DNA of 50,686 bases from Caecitellus pseudoparvulus (Eukaryota > Protista > Bigyra: Bicosoecida), in assembly GCA_965644315.1 (NCBI GenBank), contig CBFFRQ010000111.1, positions 1 through 50,686 of the forward strand. Direction: 5' to 3'. The position numbers and the translations under genes were made by a program. Positions 45,601 through 50,686 of the stretch are shown here, piece by piece. Numbering within the stretch: the stretch's first letter is position 1; each line of letters opens with the position of its first letter. The notes under the pieces were generated by a model that worked only from the letters and a program-made list of their open reading frames with translations, did no database searches and was not told where the DNA came from.

Positions 45601-48600
45601 GCCCACTCCCTGGATGCCTTGGAGGGGCATCTCGTGGAGCCTTTGCGACAGCACATCTATCGCAACCTTGAAGAGGAGGGGGGACAGAGCTCCTCCTTGG
45701 GGGACACCATTGCTGACAGGAAGGGGGCGACAAAGACCATGGCGCGTGTTGATGGAGACCGTCGCCTTGGACATGTACTCCTTGATGACGGCCAGGAGTG
45801 GCGCAGGGAGGGAGGCAGCCTCAAGGATCTCTGTGATGGCTGCGTGGCTCACAGAGTCGAATGCTCCCCGGAAGTCCACGAAGAGTACCAGGACTTGCAC
45901 TGGCGCTGTTGACTGTCGCAGGTGGCCCTTGATCACCTCTTGGAGAGCCAAGATGTGCTCATGCGTGTTGCGGTGTCGAGTGAAGCCAGCCTGCTCCTTC
46001 GACACCCATGTTTGCATCCAGGACTCCAGGCATGCAGCGGCCACTGAGAAGAAGAGCTTCGCAGGAGGGGGCGGCATACAATCAAGCGGTATGTGCGAGG
46101 CCGCCCAGCTTCACTCGTCTTCTTGGGGATGAGTGACCCAATGCCTGCATGGTAGTCTGGCGGGCAGGTGCCGTGTTGCAACGCTTGGATGACGGCTTGG
46201 GAGTAGATGTCTTGGAAGCCTGGCCCAGCATACTTGATGTGCTCTGATTGGAACTTGCCAGAGCCTGGGTGTCGATGCAAGCTGAGTGATCCCATGAGGA
46301 CTTTGACTTGCTTCTTGGAGGGAAGCCATGTCACTGGCGGGGTGAAGGACTCTTGGGCTGAGGGAAGGAACCTTGCCAGCCCGTACTTCAGCGATGTTGG
46401 CCTGGGCTTGTTGTGACTCAGGATGCCAGACATCTGCTTGGCAACCTCCTCCTTCACCAGATCAGGGGAGGAGATGAGCACTCCCTGCATGGACTTCACG
46501 GACCTGATGGGAGCTCGACGGGCTCGACGACCTCGACCTGACAGGCGCTTGATGTGTTGGTGGGCAGTGAAGGGATCCGTGACAGCGAGTTCCCTCAAGC
46601 GTGCTCGGATCCTGGACAGAGTGACATGTCGCTTCTTCTTCACAAGCCTCGTGCACTTCCGCATTGCATCCTTGCGGCATTGAAGCGTGGCGTGTAGCTC
46701 TTCAGTGGCCATGGAGATTCCCTCTCGGATGGCACGGGCGTGGTCTGGCTGAGGATGCCGACCGGTGGCAAGTGCGAGCTTCCGGTGCAGCTTGGCAATG
46801 GTCTTCCGCAGCTTGGACACGCGTGCAGTCATGGACTTCTTGAGCCCGCTGGCCGCCTTGATGTCCATCTTCAGCTGGGGCAGAGGGTCACGTGGGGTCT
46901 TGGCCTTGCGATGTGTGTCCATAGCCGCAGCTTCGATAGCACCGTTGAGAAAGGATAGGCTCGGGGCGGCGCTGCCTGTCTGGAGCGCGGTGGCCCGCGA
47001 GCTGAGGGATCCTCGAAACATCGCTTGCGCTGCCAGCCCAGCCTCTGTCGCTGAGGTCCACCAGGGTGGCACCGCCTGTACATGGGGGCTCTTGGATGAT
47101 GTCCACACTCGCTTGGCAGGCTTCACTCGGACTTCTGCTGCAACAAGATGATGGTCACTGAGGACTAGTCGAGCGGCACTCTTTTTCGTCCCGCTGGAGA
47201 ACGTTGTTGTGATGTGCAGTGGTCTGCTCAACATACTGTGGAGGTCCTCAGTCATCAGGATGTGGTCCAGAGCCCGACCATACCTGTGCGTTGGCAGGCC
47301 ACCAAGTCCGGCTGGGATCAGTGGGCCTTGCTCGCAGAGGAGCTGCATCTGCAGGATGTCTTCAGTGGGCTCGGGAATGCCGGTCCGGTTCTCCCAGTGA
47401 TCTGCTCCCCACGTGCCTACCCCTTCGTCACCTGGATGAGTGTTCAAGTCACCCATGATGACAATCATGTGGGTGAGGCGGAGCTGTTGAACAGCAGACT
47501 CAAGCTGCCGCCAAACCTCTTGCCGGTACGGAAGCTTCGTGTCCGGATCAGCGACTGGCTTCTTTCGCTGCCAAGAGTGCCAGTTGGGTACGTACGTGGC
47601 TATGATGGCGATGGGTTGTGGGCTTGCAGGGATCGAGCAAGCAATTATGCAGCGACCATCAACGTCGAGGCCCGGGATCACTGAGCCATTGAGTCTTCGA
47701 TCAAGCAGCAAGGCAACCTCACTCCGCCCGACAGGCCGATCAGGCGGGCTTGGGCGGAAGCATTCAAGGCCCATGACTTCCGTGTCGAGCAGGCCGTGCC
47801 CCCCAGGCTCTGTGACACAGAGTGCCAACATGGACGACGCACTGCACACAGACTGGACACAGGTGACGACATCGTGGACACACTGGCCGCAGGAGCCGTG
47901 CACATTCCAAGCAGCAAGTGCGAGTGTCATGTGTCTTCCGCGGCCGACAGGGGTATGGGGTGCATCGCTACTGATCTGGTCGGCGACTTGTACAGATGTT
48001 GGGATGAGTGACAGTATGGGGTCAACCGTCTTGGCTCTCTCATCGGCAGCTGCTTGTTGGCGCGTGGTGCGGCCTACAGGGAGGTACACCCGTGTTGTCT
48101 TGCCAGTGATGAGAGTCTTTGGGTAGACAGTCTCGTCCTCAGCTACGAACGGGAGTGGGGGAAAGTCAGACCTGAGGGACAGCATGGCCAGCCGCACTCT
48201 GTCTTTGAAGGGAATCGGCTTGCCACTCAGCGGGGAGGATGAGACACGGTACACAGACTCAATGCCCATCGAGTCGAGTGTGTTCAGGCAGCCGTCGATT
48301 GGAATGTTGGTGCTCTTGAAGGGTTCGTCAGGGTTCCACAGTACAAGTGTGGACTTCTCAGCGTTGACGACAATGAGCTGAAGGTGGGAGACACCTCCAG
48401 TGTCAACCAAGCTGAGAGCAAACGCGAAGTACACCCCAGCAAAGACTTTTGCCTCGGAGGTCATCTCTTTCTCTGCCTTGACATCAACCAGGCAGTGTCC
48501 AGACACTGTGCCGCCTTCAAGTTCCCGATGGCCCTCGTTGATACGCGTGAGCAAGAGATGAAGACCAGGGAGGAGCACAGGTGGACAGGCACTGGTGAGT

Positions 48601-50256
48601 GCTGCATCATCAGGCGCATGTCGGTACAGGAACGATTGAAAGAGGTCAAGCTTGTCTTGCTCGGTGGTCGGCATGGAAGGTTCTGTTTCACAGACAGCAT
48701 GGACCTCCGAGTCTGGTGTGCCAGGGTGACGCGCGCTGCTCTTCTTCAACACAGCACAGAAGGATGTCTGCGCCGCTTGGATGGTGGCTGCGTGTTGAAG
48801 AAGGACAAGGTCATCGTCATTGAAGAGTGGCTCTCCTGCTGCTGTTTCAAAGCAGGCCTGGACACAGTGTCGTTGGTCCTTATTGCGGAACGCGTGCGCA
48901 GAGGCGAGGAGTTGCTGCAAGGGGGAACCCAAGTCAAGGTTTGCCTGTCCAAGCCGTGCTGGTCGGCGACTGCAGTCAGCAAGTTTTAGCAGCGTAGTGG
49001 GTGCCGTGTTTGCAGGACTTGCAAGAGGTGGCTGTGCCCCGCTGCCCGATAGTGCCGCAGCTGTCGGGGACACGGGAGGAGGTCTCTTGCGTGGGCTGGG
49101 CGAGTCCCATCTGCTGAAGGTCGGGCGCTTGACTCTGGTGGACGGAAGAGGGACATGTTCAGGGGAAGGAGCAGCTTGGCCTGACGACTCGGCGGGTGCA
49201 GATGGAGGGGAGGGCGCTGTGGGGCGAGTAGTCACGACGCCCTCCTTGAACAGTTCAGCAAAGCGCCGAGGAGGAGAGCTCTTTGTCGATGGCTTGCGTT
49301 TGCCCCTCCGTGTCTTCTTCTTCTTGGGACCGCCTTCAGCAAGGGGCTTTGGCAGTGTGCTTGGCAGCTTGTCGACAGAGGCGTCATCTTCTGGAGAGAC
49401 GGAGTGTCCGACAGGCTTTGGAGCACGCTTGGCGATGGAGTGAGTGTTGGTGACATGGGCATGGACAAGCTTCAAGATCTTGGACACATCCCCACTCTCA
49501 CAGGCAATGTTGGTTGCTGCCTCAGAGATCTTTTGAGCAACCTTCACTACAGAGGGAGGGGCGATCACGCTGACCCTGGCGCGCTCTGACGTGAACTGCC
49601 GCGTGTTGGAGTACACCACGCCCACAGAGCCGCCCCCCTTCAACATGATGATGAAGTCTTCTCGCACAGCAGCAGCAACGCGCAGGGACTTGGCAATGGC
49701 GGGGCCTTCACCGTCACTCGGCAGCGTGACAAGGAGAATGGTCTGCCCTGGTGCGGATTGTTTCAGCGCGGAATTAGCGCGCACCATCACAGGAGCAGCT
49801 CCAGGAAACTCGGCCTCCAGCTCATCTCCGAAGATGCCAAGCCACTTGCGGACGAAAAATGATGCATCTTGGCCATCCGTGCAGTCAATGTCCATGCCAC
49901 CGAGCTGGAAAGTCCGGGCTGCCCCTCGGCGTGACATGTCAGTCAGCACGCCTGTTCGTGGCCGCCCTGACACACGCTGCTCCAGGCACTTGTCCGCGAA
50001 GAGCACGCCGAGGACTTGGCTGGCCTTGGATGACATGATGATGAAGCAATGGTTTCGGGCAAGCAGTGGTGCAGCGTCCAGCCGGAGCCGCACTTAGCAC
50101 TGCGTGGGGAGCGTGGCGTGCGGAAATCGCACTGCTGCTCACCCGCGCACCCAATGCAATGCACTAGCGCTGTGCAACACCACACTTGGGTGCACGAGCG
50201 CCTGGATTAGGCATTGTTAGCAATGCACAACCTATGATTAGGTTGACATTTGGAAA
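42652..50256 (-). mobile_element. Non-LTR retrotransposon (APE-RT type) embedded in telomeric repeats
   Basis: Bounded on both sides by TTAGGG arrays. Encodes an APE (WNVHG, CVTEP, GDLN, LDHIL, SDHHLV), an RT (EQAGFT, VDFRGAFDSVSH, GVPQGGALSPLLF, YADD, YLG) and a CCHC finger (CPIC...H..LHC). Confidence 0.92.
43472..50036 (-). CDS. Retrotransposon polyprotein (N-terminal unknown/putative Cys-protease region, APE, RT, CCHC), split by two -1 frameshifts
   Basis: Three consecutive ORFs (45933..50093, 44317..46077, 43472..44389) give collinear domains. APE spans ~47930-47140, YADD is at 45553-45564 and CCHC is at ~44190-44255. ATG at 50036 (MSSKASQV). Confidence 0.85.
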
Positions 50257-50686
50257 GTTAGGGTTAGGGTTAGGGTTAGGGTTAGGGTTAGGGTTAGGGT
50301 TAGGGTTAGGGTTAGGGTTAGGGTTAGGGTTAGGGTTAGGGTTAGGGTTAGGGTTAGGGTTAGGGTTAGGGTTAGGGTTAGGGTTAGGGTTAGGGTTAGG
50401 GTTAGGGTTAGGGTTAGGGTTAGGGTTAGGGTTAGGGTTAGGGTTAGGGTTAGGGTTAGGGTTAGGGTTAGGGTTAGGGTTAGGGTTAGGGTTAGGGTTA
50501 GGGTTAGGGTTAGGGTTAGGGTTAGGGTTAGGGTTAGGGTTAGGGTTAGGGTTAGGGTTAGGGTTAGGGTTAGGGTTAGGGTTAGGGTTAGGGTTAGGGT
50601 TAGGGTTAGGGTTAGGGTTAGGGTTAGGGTTAGGGTTAGGGTTAGGGTTAGGGTTAGGGTTAGGGTTAGGGTTAGGGTTAGGGTTA
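50257..50686 (+). repeat. Terminal telomere (TTAGGG)n, about 71 units to the window end
   Basis: Perfect array running to the end of the sequence, with the G-rich strand 5'->3' toward the end. Confidence 0.99.

Noticed and set aside
50085-50135. HDV-like ribozyme (CCGCAC...GCTAA GTGCGG on the minus strand)
   Set aside because: A P2-like stem and a GCUAA motif are present, but only 19 nt lie between them, too few for P3, P1 and P4. Not called without a covariance search.

Overview
GC-rich eukaryotic (protist-like, short GT-AG introns) chromosome end, running from housekeeping genes to a (TTAGGG)n telomere. Bases 1-15 kb hold four ordinary genes: a mid-SUN/SLP1-type protein, AP-2 alpha adaptin, a USP deubiquitinase and a SAC3/GANP-family protein with expanded LFG/RG repeats. 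Bases 15.9-42.4 kb are an accessory subtelomere. It contains an 8.3-kb CMC-superfamily (Plavaka/EnSpm-like) DNA transposon with 15-bp TIRs, a 2-bp TSD, a transposase and a divergent spliced second gene. It also holds an ankyrin-like 38-aa-repeat gene, a decayed Zisupton/KDZ-like transposase, a pseudogenised FN3/Cys-rich surface-protein fragment, a Crinkler/RHS-type NTPase + PD-(D/E)xK nuclease gene with a mitochondrial-presequence-like first exon, and a disrupted SPRY-domain gene. The most striking object is a ~7.6-kb non-LTR retrotransposon on the minus strand, lying between an internal (TTAGGG)36 tract and the terminal telomere. It encodes a putative papain-like cysteine protease, an APE endonuclease, an RT and a CCHC finger, has its 5' end toward the chromosome tip, and has no poly(A) tail. 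It is a candidate undescribed telomere-targeting retroelement family. All family assignments come from motifs recognised by eye; no database searches were run.
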